A DNA stretch of 64,000 nucleotides from the human T2T-CHM13v2.0 reference genome, Homo sapiens. Under the pieces are notes generated by a model. It saw nothing but the letters and a program-made list of their open reading frames with translations. It was not told the origin of the DNA and searched no databases. The translations under genes were made by a program, and so were the position numbers. Each line of letters begins with the position of its first letter. Position 1 is the stretch's first letter. Shown here in pieces: positions 1 to 14,474 of the stretch. The stretch lies in NCBI RefSeq assembly GCF_009914755.1, contig NC_060938.1; one strand, written 5' to 3'.

Positions 1-267
1 GCTCTGTCAAAAGGAAGGTTCTTCTCTGTTAGGTGAGTGCATACGTCATAAAGGAGTTTCTGAGAATGTTTCTGTCTAGTGGTTATGGGAAGATATTTGC
101 TTTTTCACCGTAGGCCTCAGAGCGCTCCAAATATCCACTTGCACATACTACAAAAAGAGTGCTTCAAAGCTGCTCTCTGAAACGGAATGTTCAACTCTAT
201 GAGTTGAATGCAAACATCACAAAGACGTTTCTGAGAATGCTTCTGTCTAGATTTGATATGAAGATAT

Positions 268-284
268 TCCCGTTTCCAACGAAA
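268..284 (-). other. CENP-B box (first example; 4 per 8-mer, 5 per 10-mer, in every second monomer)
   Basis: tcccgtttccaacgaaa is the reverse complement of TTTCGTTGGAAACGGGA and fits the core NTTCGNNNNANNCGGGN. Also at 606-622, 948-964, 1290-1306 and onward. Confidence 0.97.
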
Positions 285-776
285 TCTTCAAATCTATCCA
301 AATGTCCACTTGCAGATTCAACAAAAAGTGTTTTTCAGAACTGCTCTATCAAAAGAAAGATCCACCTCTGTTAGCTGAGTTCACACATCACAAACAAGTT
401 TATGAGAATGCTTCTGTCTAGTTTTTATTTGAAGATATTTCCTTTCTCACCATAGAGCTGAAAGCTGTCCTAATGTTCACTTCCAGATACTACAGAAAGA
501 GTGTTTCAAAACTGCTGTACGAAAGGGAATGTTCAACTCTGTGACTTGAATGCACACATCACAAAGTAGTTTCTGAGGATGCTGCTGTCTACTTTTTATA
601 CGTAATCCCGTTTCCAACGAAATCCTCCAAGCTATCCAAATATCCACTTGCAGATTCCACAGAAAGACTGTTTCAAAACTGCTCTGTCAATAGAAAGGTT
701 CAACTCTGTTAGCTGCATGCATATATCCCAAAGAAGATTCTGAGATTGCTTCTGTCTAGTTTTTATGGGAAGATAT

Positions 777-793
777 TTCCCTTTTCACCGTAG
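777..793 (-). other. pJalpha-box-like motif of A-type monomers (example)
   Basis: ttcccttttcaccgtag sits at the box-homologous position, 171 bp from the flanking CENP-B boxes (606, 948). It resembles the pJalpha motif TTCCTTTTYCACCRTAG. Degenerate versions occur in the other three A-type monomers. Confidence 0.7.
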
Positions 794-2886
794 GCGTCAA
801 GGCGCTCCAAATGTCCACTTCCAGATACTACAAAAAGAGTGTTTCAAACCTACTCTGTGAAAGGGAATATTCAACTCTGTGACTTGAATGCACATATCAC
901 AAGGAAGTTTCTGAGAATGCTTCTGTCGAGATTTTATATGAAGATATTCCCGTTTCCAACGAAATCCTGAAATCTATCCAAATATCCCCTTGCAGATTCT
1001 ACAAAAAGAGTGTTTCAAAACTGCTCTGTAAAAAGAAAGGTTCAACTCTGTTAGTTGAGTACACACATCACAAACAAGTTTCACACAATGCTTCTTTCTA
1101 GCTTGTAGGGGAAGATATTCCCTTTATCACCATGGGCCTCAAACCGTCCGATAAGTCCACTTCCATATACTACAAAAAGAGCGTTTCAAACCTGCTCTAT
1201 GAAAGGCAATGTTCAACTCTGTGACTTGAATGCAGACATCACAGAGCAGTTTCTGAGAATGCTTCTGTCTAGATTTTATAGGAAGATATTCCCGTTTCCA
1301 ACGAAATCTTCACAGCTATCCAAATATCCACTTGCAGATTCTACAAAAAGAGTGTATCAAAACTGCTCTGTCAAAAGGAAGGTTCTTCTCTGTTAGGTGA
1401 GTGCATACGTCATAAAGGAGTTTCTGAGAATGTTTCTGTCTAGTGGTTATGGGAAGATATTTGCTTTTTCACCGTAGGCCTCAGAGCGCTCCAAATATCC
1501 ACTTGCACATACTACAAAAAGAGTGCTTCAAAGCTGCTCTCTGAAACGGAATGTTCAACTCTATGAGTTGAATGCAAACATCACAAAGACGTTTCTGAGA
1601 ATGCTTCTGTCTAGATTTGATATGAAGATATTCCCGTTTCCAACGAAATCTTCAAATCTATCCAAATGTCCACTTGCAGATTCAACAAAAAGTGTTTTTC
1701 AGAACTGCTCTATCAAAAGAAAGATCCACCTCTGTTAGCTGAGTTCACACATCACAAACAACTTTATGAGAATGCTTCTGTCTAGTTTTTATTTGAAGAT
1801 ATTTCCTTTCTCACCATAGAGCTGAAAGCTGTCCTAATGTTCACTTCCAGATACTACAGAAAGAGTGTTTCAAAACTGCTGTACGAAAGGGAATGTTCAA
1901 CTCTGTGACTTGAATGCACACATCACAAAGAAGTTTCTGAGGATGCTGCTGTCTACTTTTTATACGTAATCCCGTTTCCAACGAAATCCTCCAAGCTATC
2001 CAAATATCCACTTGCAGATTCCACAGAAAGACTGTTTCAAAACTGCTCTGTCAATAGAAAGGTTCAACTCTGTTAGCTGCATGCATATATCCCAAAGAAG
2101 ATTCTGAGATTGCTTCTGTCTAGTTTTTATGGGAAGATATTTCCCTTTTCACCGTAGGCGTCAAGGCGCTCCAAATGTCCACTTCCAGATACTACAAAAA
2201 GAGTGTTTCAAACCTACTCTGTGAAAGGGAATATTCAACTCTGTGACTTGAATGCACATATCACAAGGAAGTTTCTGAGAATGCTTCTGTCGAGATTTTA
2301 TATGAAGATATTCCCGTTTCCAACGAAATCCTGAAATCTATCCAAATATCCCCTTGCAGATTCTACAAAAAGAGTGTTTCAAAACTGCTCTGTAAAAAGA
2401 AAGGTTCAACTCTGTTAGTTGAGTACACACATCACAAACAAGTTTCACAGAATGCTTCTTTCTAGCTTGTAGGGGAAGATATTCCCTTTATCACCATGGG
2501 CCTCAAACCGTCCGATAAGTCCACTTCCATATACTACAAAAAGAGCGTTTCAAACCTGCTCTATGAAAGACAATGTTCAACTCTGTGACTTGAATGCAGA
2601 CATCACAGAGCAGTTTCTGAGAATGCTTCTGTCTAGATTTTATAGGAAGATATTCCCGTTTCCAACGAAATCTTCACAGCTATCCAAATATCCACTTGCA
2701 GATTCTACAAAAAGAGTGTATCAAAACTGCTCTGTCAAAAGGAAGGTTCTTTTCTGTTAGGTGAGTGCATACGTCATAAAGGAGTTTCTGAGAATGTTTC
2801 TGTCTAGTGGTTATGGGAAGATATTTGCTTTTTCACCGTAGGCCTCAGAGCGCTCCAAATATCCACTTGCACATACTACAAAAAGA

Positions 2887-4588
2887 GTGCCTCAAAGCTG
2901 CTCTCTGAAACGGAATGTTCAACTCTATGAGTTGAATGCAAACATCGCAAAGACGTTTCTGAGAATGCTTCTGTCTAGATTTGATATGAAGATATTCCCG
3001 TTTCCAACGAAATCTTCAAATCTATCCAAATGTCCACTTGCAGATTCAACAAAAAGTGTTTTTCAGAACTGCTCTATCAAAAGAAAGATCCACCTCTGTT
3101 AGCTGAGTTCACACATCACAAACAAGTTTATGAGAATGCTTCTGTCTAGTTTTTATTTGAAGATATTTCCTTTCTCACCATAGAGCTGAAAGCTGTCCTA
3201 ATGTTCACTTCCAGATACTACAGAAAGAGTGTTTCAAAACTGCTGTACGAAAGGGAATGTTCAACTCTGTGACTTGAATGCACACATCACAAAGAAGTTT
3301 CTGAGGATGCTGCTGTCTACTTTTTATACGTAATCCCGTTTCCAACGAAATCCTCCAAGCTATCCAAATATCCACTTGCAGATTCCACAGAAAGACTGTT
3401 TCAAAACTGCTCTGTCAATAGAAAGGTTCAACTCTGTTAGCTGCGTGCATATATCCCAAAGAAGATTCTGAGATTGCTTCTGTCTAGTTTTTATGGGAAG
3501 ATATTTCCCTTTTCACCGTAGGTGTCAAGGCGCTCCAAATGTCCACTTCCAGATACTACAAAAAGAGTGTTTCAAACCTACTCTGTGAAAGGGAATATTC
3601 AACTCTGTGACTTGAATGCACACATCACAAAGAAGTTTCTGAGGATGCTGCTGTCTACTTTTTATACGTAATCCCGTTTCCAACGAAATCCTCCAAGCTA
3701 TCCAAATATCCACTTGCAGATTCCACAGAAAGACTGTTTCAAAACTGCTCTGTCAATAGAAAGGTTCAACTCTGTTAGCTGCATGCATATATCCCAAAGA
3801 AGATTCTGAGATTGCTTCTGTCTAGTTTTTATGGGAAGATATTTCCCTTTTCACCGTAGGCGTCAAGGCGCTCCAAATGTCCACTTCCAGATACTACAAA
3901 AAGAGTGTTTCAAACCTACTCTGTGAAAGGGAATATTCAACTCTGTGACTTGAATGCACATATCACAAGGAAGTTTCTGAGAATGCTTCTGTCGAGATTT
4001 TATATGAAGATATTCCCGTTTCCAACGAAATCCTGAAATGTATCCAAATATCCCCTTGCAGATTCTACAAAAAGAGTGTTTCAAAACTGCTCTGTAAAAA
4101 GAAAGGTTCAACTCTGTTAGTTGAGTACACACATCACAAACAAGTTTCACACAATGCTTCTTTCTAGCTTGTAGGGGAAGATATTCCCTTTATCACCATG
4201 GGCCTCAAACCGTCCGAAAAGTCCACTTCCATATACTACAAAAAGAGCGTTTCAAACCTGCTCTATGAAAGGCAATGTTCAACTCTGTGACTTGAATGCA
4301 GACATCACAGAGCAGTTTCTGAGAATGCTTCTGTCTAGATTTTATAGGAAGGTATTCCCGTTTCCAACGAAATCTTCACAGCTATCCAAATATCCACTTG
4401 CAGATTCTACAAAAAGAGTGTATCAAAACTGCTCTGTCAAAAGGAAGGTTCTTTTCTGTTAGGTGAGTGCATACGTCATAAAGGAGTTTCTGAGAATGTT
4501 TCTGTCTAGTGGTTATGGGAAGATATTTGCTTTTTCACCGTAGGCCTCAGAGCGCTCCAAATATCCACTTGCACATACTACAAAAAGA
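2887..4588 (-). repeat. 10-mer HOR structural variant (1702 bp), duplicated 338-bp dimer at 3260-3935
   Basis: Marker interval 1702 = 1364+338; the gaggatgctgctgtctact dimer is present twice. Confidence 0.95.
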
Positions 4589-7500
4589 GTGCCTCAAAGC
4601 TGCTCTCTGAAACGGAATGTTCAACTCTATGAGTTGAATGCAAACATCGCAAAGACGTTTCTGAGAATGCTTCTGTCTAGATTTGATATGAAGATATTCC
4701 CGTTTCCAACGAAATCTTCAAATCTATCCAAATGTCCACTTGCAGATTCAACAAAAAGTGTTTTTCAGAACTGCTCTATCAAAAGAAAGATCCACCTCTG
4801 TTAGCTGAGTTCACACATCACAAACAAGTTTATGAGAATGCTTCTGTCTAGTTTTTATTTGAAGATATTTCCTTTCTCACCATAGAGCTGAAAGCTGTCC
4901 TAATGTTCACTTCCAGATACTACAGAAAGAGTGTTTCAAAACTGCTGTACGAAAGGGAATGTTCAACTCTGTGACTTGAATGCACACATCACAAAGAAGT
5001 TTCTGAGGATGCTGCTGTCTACTTTTTATACGTAATCCCGTTTCCAACGAAATCCTCCAAGCTATCCAAATATCCACTTGCAGATTCCACAGAAAGACTG
5101 TTTCAAAACTGCTCTGTCAATAGAAAGGTTCAACTCTGTTAGCTGCGTGCATATATCCCAAAGAAGATTCTGAGATTGCTTCTGTCTAGTTTTTATGGGA
5201 AGATATTTCCCTTTTCACCGTAGGCGTCAAGGCGCTCCAAATGTCCACTTCCAGATACTACAAAAAGAGTGTTTCAAACCTACTCTGTGAAAGGGAATAT
5301 TCAACTCTGTGACTTGAATGCACATATCACAAAGAAGTTTCTGAGAATGCTTCTGTCGAGATTTTATATGAAGATATTCCCGTTTCCAACGAAATGCTGA
5401 AATCTATCCAAATATCCCCTCGCAGATTCTACAAAAAGAGTGTTTCAAAACTGCTCTGTGAAAAGAAAGGTTCAACTCTGTTAGTTGAGTACACACATCA
5501 CAAACAAGTTTCACAGAATGCTTCTTTCTAGCTTGTAGGGGAAGATATTCCCTTTATCACCATGGGCCTCCAACCGTCCGAAACATCCACTTCCATATAC
5601 TACAAAAAGAGCGTTTCAAACCTGCTCTATGAAAGGCAATGTTCAACTCTGTGACTTGAATGCAGACATCACAGAGCAGTTTCTGAGAATGCTTCTGTCT
5701 AGATTTTATAGGAAGATATTCCCGTTTCCAACGAAATCTTCACAGCTATCCAAATATCCACTTGCAGATTCTACAAAAAGAGTGTATCAAAACTGCTCTG
5801 TCAAAAGGAAGGTTCTTCTCTGTTAGGTGAGTGCATACGTCATAAAGGAGTTTCTGAGAATGTTTCTGTCTAGTGGTTATGGGAAGATATTTGCTTTTTC
5901 ACCGTAGGCCTCAGAGCGCTCCAAATATCCACTTGCACATACTACAAAAAGAGTGCTTCAAAGCTGCTCTCTGAAACGGAATGTTCAACTCTATGAGTTG
6001 AATGCAAACATCACAAAGACGTTTCTGAGAATGCTTCTGTCTAGATTTGATATGAAGATATTCCCGTTTCCAACGAAATCTTCAAATCTATCCAAATGTC
6101 CACTTGCAGATTCAACAAAAAGTGTTTTTCAGAACTGCTCTATCAAAAGAAAGATCCACCTCTGTTAGCTGAGTTCACACATCACAAACAAGTTTATGAG
6201 AATGCTTCTGTCTAGTTTTTATTTGAAGATATTTCCTTTCTCACCATAGAGCTGAAAGCTGTCCTAATGTTCACTTCCAGATACTACAGAAAGAGTGTTT
6301 CAAAACTGCTGTACGAAAGGGAATGTTCAACTCTGTGACTTGAATGCACACATCACAAAGTAGTTTCTGAGGATGCTGCTGTCTACTTTTTATACGTAAT
6401 CCCGTTTCCAACGAAATCCTCCAAGCTATCCAAATATCCACTTGCAGATTCCACAGAAAGACTGTTTCAAAACTGCTCTGTCAATAGAAAGGTTCAACTC
6501 TGTTAGCTGCATGCATATATCCCAAAGAAGATTCTGAGATTGCTTCTGTCTAGTTTTTATGGGAAGATATTTCCCTTTTCACCGTAGGCGTCAAGGCGCT
6601 CCAAATGTCCACTTCCAGATACTACAAAAAGAGTGTTTCAAACCTACTCTGTGAAAGGGAATATTCAACTCTGTGACTTGAATGCACATATCACAAGGAA
6701 GTTTCTGAGAATGCTTCTGTCGAGATTTTATATGAAGATATTCCCGTTTCCAACGAAATCCTGAAATCTATCCAAATATCCCCTTGCAGATTCTACAAAA
6801 AGAGTGTTTCAAAACTGCTCTGTAAAAAGAAAGGTTCAACTCTGTTAGTTGAGTACACACATCACAAACAAGTTTCACACAATGCTTCTTTCTAGCTTGT
6901 AGGGGAAGATATTCCCTTTATCACCATGGGCCTCAAACCGTCCGATAAGTCCACTTCCATATACTACAAAAAGAGCGTTTCAAACCTGCTCTATGAAAGG
7001 CAATGTTCAACTCTGTGACTTGAATGCAGACATCACAGAGCAGTTTCTGAGAATGCTTCTGTCTAGATTTTATAGGAAGATATTCCCGTTTCCAACGAAA
7101 TCTTCACAGCTATCCAAATATCCACTTGCAGATTCTACAAAAAGAGTGTATCAAAACTGCTCTGTCAAAAGGAAGGTTCTTCTCTGTTAGGTGAGTGCAT
7201 ACGTCATAAAGGAGTTTCTGAGAATGTTTCTGTCTAGTGGTTATGGGAAGATATTTGCTTTTTCACCGTAGGCCTCAGAGCGCTCCAAATATCCACTTGC
7301 ACATACTACAAAAAGAGTGCTTCAAAGCTGCTCTCTGAAACGGAATGTTCAACTCTATGAGTTGAATGCAAACATCACAAAGACGTTTCTGAGAATGCTT
7401 CTGTCTAGATTTGATATGAAGATATTCCCGTTTCCAACGAAATCTTCAAATCTATCCAAATGTCCACTTGCAGATTCAACAAAAAGTGTTTTTCAGAACT

Positions 7501-8680
7501 GCTCTATCAAAAGAAAGATCCACCTCTGTTAGCTGAGTTCACACATCACAAACAAGTTTATGAGAATGCTTCTGTCTAGTTTTTATTTGAAGATATTTCC
7601 TTTCTCACCATAGAGCTGAAAGCTGTCCTAATGTTCACTTCCAGATACTACAGAAAGAGTGTTTCAAAACTGCTGTACGAAAGGGAATGTTCAACTCTGT
7701 GACTTGAATGCACACATCACAAAGAAGTTTCTGAGGATGCTGCTGTCTACTTTTTATACGTAATCCCGTTTCCAACGAAATCCTCCAAGCTATCCAAATA
7801 TCCACTTGCAGATTCCACAGAAAGACTGTTTCAAAACTGCTCTGTCAATAGAAAGGTTCAACTCTGTTAGCTGCATGCATATATCCCAAAGAAGATTCTG
7901 AGATTGCTTCTGTCTAGTTTTTATGGGAAGATATTTCCCTTTTCACCGTAGGCGTCAAGGCGCTCCAAATGTCCACTTCCAGATACTACAAAAAGAGTGT
8001 TTCAAACCTACTCTGTGAAAGGGAATATTCAACTCTGTGACTTGAATGCACATATCACAAGGAAGTTTCTGAGAATGCTTCTGTCGAGATTTTATATGAA
8101 GATATTCCCGTTTCCAACGAAATCCTGAAATCTATCCAAATATCCCCTTGCAGATTCTACAAAAAGAGTGTTTCAAAACTGCTCTGTAAAAAGAAAGGTT
8201 CAACTCTGTTAGTTGAGTACACACATCACAAACAAGTTTCACAGAATGCTTCTTTCTAGCTTGTAGGGGAAGATATTCCCTTTATCACCATGGGCCTCAA
8301 ACCGTCCGATAAGTCCACTTCCATATACTACAAAAAGAGCGTTTCAAACCTGCTCTATGAAAGGCAATGTTCAACTCTGTGACTTGAATGCAGACATCAC
8401 AGAGCAGTTTCTGAGAATGCTTCTGTCTAGATTTTATAGGAAGATATTCCCGTTTCCAACGAAATCTTCACAGCTATCCAAATATCCACTTGCAGATTCT
8501 ACAAAAAGAGTGTATCAAAACTGCTCTGTCAAAAGGAAGGTTCTTTTCTGTTAGGTGAGTGCATACGTCATAAAGGAGTTTCTGAGAATGTTTCTGTCTA
8601 GTGGTTATGGGAAGATATTTGCTTTTTCACCGTAGGCCTCAGAGCGCTCCAAATATCCACTTGCACATACTACAAAAAGA

Positions 8681-10382
8681 GTGCCTCAAAGCTGCTCTCT
8701 GAAACGGAATGTTCAACTCTATGAGTTGAATGCAAACATCGCAAAGACGTTTCTGAGAATGCTTCTGTCTAGATTTGATATGAAGATATTCCCGTTTCCA
8801 ACGAAATCTTCAAATCTATCCAAATGTCCACTTGCAGATTCAACAAAAAGTGTTTTTCAGAACTGCTCTATCAAAAGAAAGATCCACCTCTGTTAGCTGA
8901 GTTCACACATCACAAACAAGTTTATGAGAATGCTTCTGTCTAGTTTTTATTTGAAGATATTTCCTTTCTCACCATAGAGCTGAAAGCTGTCCTAATGTTC
9001 ACTTCCAGATACTACAGAAAGAGTGTTTCAAAACTGCTGTACGAAAGGGAATGTTCAACTCTGTGACTTGAATGCACACATCACAAAGAAGTTTCTGAGG
9101 ATGCTGCTGTCTACTTTTTATACGTAATCCCGTTTCCAACGAAATCCTCCAAGCTATCCAAATATCCACTTGCAGATTCCACAGAAAGACTGTTTCAAAA
9201 CTGCTCTGTCAATAGAAAGGTTCAACTCTGTTAGCTGCGTGCATATATCCCAAAGAAGATTCTGAGATTGCTTCTGTCTAGTTTTTATGGGAAGATATTT
9301 CCCTTTTCACCGTAGGTGTCAAGGCGCTCCAAATGTCCACTTCCAGATACTACAAAAAGAGTGTTTCAAACCTACTCTGTGAAAGGGAATATTCAACTCT
9401 GTGACTTGAATGCACACATCACAAAGAAGTTTCTGAGGATGCTGCTGTCTACTTTTTATACGTAATCCCGTTTCCAACGAAATCCTCCAAGCTATCCAAA
9501 TATCCACTTGCAGATTCCACAGAAAGACTGTTTCAAAACTGCTCTGTCAATAGAAAGGTTCAACTCTGTTAGCTGCATGCATATATCCCAAAGAAGATTC
9601 TGAGATTGCTTCTGTCTAGTTTTTATGGGAAGATATTTCCCTTTTCACCGTAGGCGTCAAGGCGCTCCAAATGTCCACTTCCAGATACTACAAAAAGAGT
9701 GTTTCAAACCTACTCTGTGAAAGGGAATATTCAACTCTGTGACTTGAATGCACATATCACAAGGAAGTTTCTGAGAATGCTTCTGTCGAGATTTTATATG
9801 AAGATATTCCCGTTTCCAACGAAATCCTGAAATGTATCCAAATATCCCCTTGCAGATTCTACAAAAAGAGTGTTTCAAAACTGCTCTGTAAAAAGAAAGG
9901 TTCAACTCTGTTAGTTGAGTACACACATCACAAACAAGTTTCACACAATGCTTCTTTCTAGCTTGTAGGGGAAGATATTCCCTTTATCACCATGGGCCTC
10001 AAACCGTCCGAAAAGTCCACTTCCATATACTACAAAAAGAGCGTTTCAAACCTGCTCTATGAAAGGCAATGTTCAACTCTGTGACTTGAATGCAGACATC
10101 ACAGAGCAGTTTCTGAGAATGCTTCTGTCTAGATTTTATAGGAAGGTATTCCCGTTTCCAACGAAATCTTCACAGCTATCCAAATATCCACTTGCAGATT
10201 CTACAAAAAGAGTGTATCAAAACTGCTCTGTCAAAAGGAAGGTTCTTTTCTGTTAGGTGAGTGCATACGTCATAAAGGAGTTTCTGAGAATGTTTCTGTC
10301 TAGTGGTTATGGGAAGATATTTGCTTTTTCACCGTAGGCCTCAGAGCGCTCCAAATATCCACTTGCACATACTACAAAAAGA
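8681..10382 (-). repeat. 10-mer HOR variant, duplicated dimer at 9054-9729
   Basis: Interval 1702; same junction as 2887-4588. Confidence 0.95.
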
Positions 10383-13300
10383 GTGCCTCAAAGCTGCTCT
10401 CTGAAACGGAATGTTCAACTCTATGAGTTGAATGCAAACATCGCAAAGACGTTTCTGAGAATGCTTCTGTCTAGATTTGATATGAAGATATTCCCGTTTC
10501 CAACGAAATCTTCAAATCTATCCAAATGTCCACTTGCAGATTCAACAAAAAGTGTTTTTCAGAACTGCTCTATCAAAAGAAAGATCCACCTCTGTTAGCT
10601 GAGTTCACACATCACAAACAAGTTTATGAGAATGCTTCTGTCTAGTTTTTATTTGAAGATATTTCCTTTCTCACCATAGAGCTGAAAGCTGTCCTAATGT
10701 TCACTTCCAGATACTACAGAAAGAGTGTTTCAAAACTGCTGTACGAAAGGGAATGTTCAACTCTGTGACTTGAATGCACACATCACAAAGAAGTTTCTGA
10801 GGATGCTGCTGTCTACTTTTTATACGTTATCCCGTTTCCAACGAAATCCTCCAAGCTATCCAAATATCCACTTGCAGATTCCACAGAAAGACTGTTTCAA
10901 AACTGCTCTGTCAATAGAAAGGTTCAACTCTGTTAGCTGCGTGCATATATCCCAAAGAAGATTCTGAGATTGCTTCTGTCTAGTTTTTATGGGAAGATAT
11001 TTCCCTTTTCACCGTAGGCGTCAAGGCGCTCCAAATGTCCACTTCCAGATACTACAAAAAGAGTGTTTCAAACCTACTCTGTGAAAGGGAATATTCAACT
11101 CTGTGACTTGAATGCACATATCACAAAGAAGTTTCTGAGAATGCTTCTGTCGAGATTTTATATGAAGATATTCCCGTTTCCAACGAAATGCTGAAATCTA
11201 TCCAAATATCCCCTCGCAGATTCTACAAAAAGAGTGTTTCAAAACTGCTCTGTGAAAAGAAAGGTTCAACTCTGTTAGTTGAGTACACACATCACAAACA
11301 AGTTTCACAGAATGCTTCTTTCTAGCTTGTAGGGGAAGATATTCCCTTTATCACCATGGGCCTCCAACCGTCCGAAACATCCACTTCCATATACTACAAA
11401 AAGAGCGTTTCAAACCTGCTCTATGAAAGGCAATGTTCAACTCTGTGACTTGAATGCAGACATCACAGAGCAGTTTCTGAGAATGCTTCTGTCTAGATTT
11501 TATAGGAAGATATTCCCGTTTCCAACGAAATCTTCACAGCTATCCAAATATCCACTTGCAGATTCTACAAAAAGAGTGTATCAAAACTGCTCTGTCAAAA
11601 GGAAGGTTCTTCTCTGTTAGGTGAGTGCATACGTCATAAAGGAGTTTCTGAGAATGTTTCTGTCTAGTGGTTATGGGAAGATATTTGCTTTTTCACCGTA
11701 GGCCTCAGAGCGCTCCAAATATCCACTTGCACATACTACAAAAAGAGTGCTTCAAAGCTGCTCTCTGAAACGGAATGTTCAACTCTATGAGTTGAATGCA
11801 AACATCACAAAGACGTTTCTGAGAATGCTTCTGTCTAGATTTGATATGAAGATATTCCCGTTTCCAACGAAATCTTCAAATCTATCCAAATGTCCACTTG
11901 CAGATTCAACAAAAAGTGTTTTTCAGAACTGCTCTATCAAAAGAAAGATCCACCTCTGTTAGCTGAGTTCACACATCACAAACAAGTTTATGAGAATGCT
12001 TCTGTCTAGTTTTTATTTGAAGATATTTCCTTTCTCACCATAGAGCTGAAAGCTGTCCTAATGTTCACTTCCAGATACTACAGAAAGAGTGTTTCAAAAC
12101 TGCTGTACGAAAGGGAATGTTCAACTCTGTGACTTGAATGCACACATCACAAAGTAGTTTCTGAGGATGCTGCTGTCTACTTTTTATACGTAATCCCGTT
12201 TCCAACGAAATCCTCCAAGCTATCCAAATATCCACTTGCAGATTCCACAGAAAGACTGTTTCAAAACTGCTCTGTCAATAGAAAGGTTCAACTCTGTTAG
12301 CTGCATGCATATATCCCAAAGAAGATTCTGAGATTGCTTCTGTCTAGTTTTTATGGGAAGATATTTCCCTTTTCACCGTAGGCGTCAAGGCGCTCCAAAT
12401 GTCCACTTCCAGATACTACAAAAAGAGTGTTTCAAACCTACTCTGTGAAAGGGAATATTCAACTCTGTGACTTGAATGCACATATCACAAGGAAGTTTCT
12501 GAGAATGCTTCTGTCGAGATTTTATATGAAGATATTCCCGTTTCCAACGAAATCCTGAAATCTATCCAAATATCCCCTTGCAGATTCTACAAAAAGAGTG
12601 TTTCAAAACTGCTCTGTAAAAAGAAAGGTTCAACTCTGTTAGTTGAGTACACACATCACAAACAAGTTTCACACAATGCTTCTTTCTAGCTTGTAGGGGA
12701 AGATATTCCCTTTATCACCATGGGCCTCAAACCGTCCGATAAGTCCACTTCCATATACTACAAAAAGAGCGTTTCAAACCTGCTCTATGAAAGGCAATGT
12801 TCAACTCTGTGACTTGAATGCAGACATCACAGAGCAGTTTCTGAGAATGCTTCTGTCTAGATTTTATAGGAAGATATTCCCGTTTCCAACGAAATCTTCA
12901 CAGCTATCCAAATATCCACTTGCAGATTCTACAAAAAGAGTGTATCAAAACTGCTCTGTCAAAAGGAAGGTTCTTCTCTGTTAGGTGAGTGCATACGTCA
13001 TAAAGGAGTTTCTGAGAATGTTTCTGTCTAGTGGTTATGGGAAGATATTTGCTTTTTCACCGTAGGCCTCAGAGCGCTCCAAATATCCACTTGCACATAC
13101 TACAAAAAGAGTGCTTCAAAGCTGCTCTCTGAAACGGAATGTTCAACTCTATGAGTTGAATGCAAACATCACAAAGACGTTTCTGAGAATGCTTCTGTCT
13201 AGATTTGATATGAAGATATTCCCGTTTCCAACGAAATCTTCAAATCTATCCAAATGTCCACTTGCAGATTCAACAAAAAGTGTTTTTCAGAACTGCTCTA

Positions 13301-14474
13301 TCAAAAGAAAGATCCACCTCTGTTAGCTGAGTTCACACATCACAAACAAGTTTATGAGAATGCTTCTGTCTAGTTTTTATTTGAAGATATTTCCTTTCTC
13401 ACCATAGAGCTGAAAGCTGTCCTAATGTTCACTTCCAGATACTACAGAAAGAGTGTTTCAAAACTGCTGTACGAAAGGGAATGTTCAACTCTGTGACTTG
13501 AATGCACACATCACAAAGAAGTTTCTGAGGATGCTGCTGTCTACTTTTTATACGTAATCCCGTTTCCAACGAAATCCTCCAAGCTATCCAAATATCCACT
13601 TGCAGATTCCACAGAAAGACTGTTTCAAAACTGCTCTGTCAATAGAAAGGTTCAACTCTGTTAGCTGCATGCATATATCCCAAAGAAGATTCTGAGATTG
13701 CTTCTGTCTAGTTTTTATGGGAAGATATTTCCCTTTTCACCGTAGGCGTCAAGGCGCTCCAAATGTCCACTTCCAGATACTACAAAAAGAGTGTTTCAAA
13801 CCTACTCTGTGAAAGGGAATATTCAACTCTGTGACTTGAATGCACATATCACAAGGAAGTTTCTGAGAATGCTTCTGTCGAGATTTTATATGAAGATATT
13901 CCCGTTTCCAACGAAATCCTGAAATCTATCCAAATATCCCCTTGCAGATTCTACAAAAAGAGTGTTTCAAAACTGCTCTGTAAAAAGAAAGGTTCAACTC
14001 TGTTAGTTGAGTACACACATCACAAACAAGTTTCACAGAATGCTTCTTTCTAGCTTGTAGGGGAAGATATTCCCTTTATCACCATGGGCCTCAAACCGTC
14101 CGATAAGTCCACTTCCATATACTACAAAAAGAGCGTTTCAAACCTGCTCTATGAAAGGCAATGTTCAACTCTGTGACTTGAATGCAGACATCACAGAGCA
14201 GTTTCTGAGAATGCTTCTGTCTAGATTTTATAGGAAGATATTCCCGTTTCCAACGAAATCTTCACAGCTATCCAAATATCCACTTGCAGATTCTACAAAA
14301 AGAGTGTATCAAAACTGCTCTGTCAAAAGGAAGGTTCTTTTCTGTTAGGTGAGTGCATACGTCATAAAGGAGTTTCTGAGAATGTTTCTGTCTAGTGGTT
14401 ATGGGAAGATATTTGCTTTTTCACCGTAGGCCTCAGAGCGCTCCAAATATCCACTTGCACATACTACAAAAAGA

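Larger units (their letters stand above)
159..1522 (-). repeat. Representative canonical 8-mer HOR unit (1364 bp; phase arbitrary)
   Basis: CENP-B boxes start at 268, 606, 948, 1290 and 1632, giving spacings 338+342+342+342 = 1364. One monomer is 4 bp short (actttttatacgtaatcccg vs agattttatatgaagatattcccg). Confidence 0.95.

Noticed and set aside
601-730. Short palindromes (tatacgta, tgcatgca) as hairpin, cruciform or terminator elements
   Set aside because: They are only 6-8 bp, expected by chance, and give no support for a specific structure.
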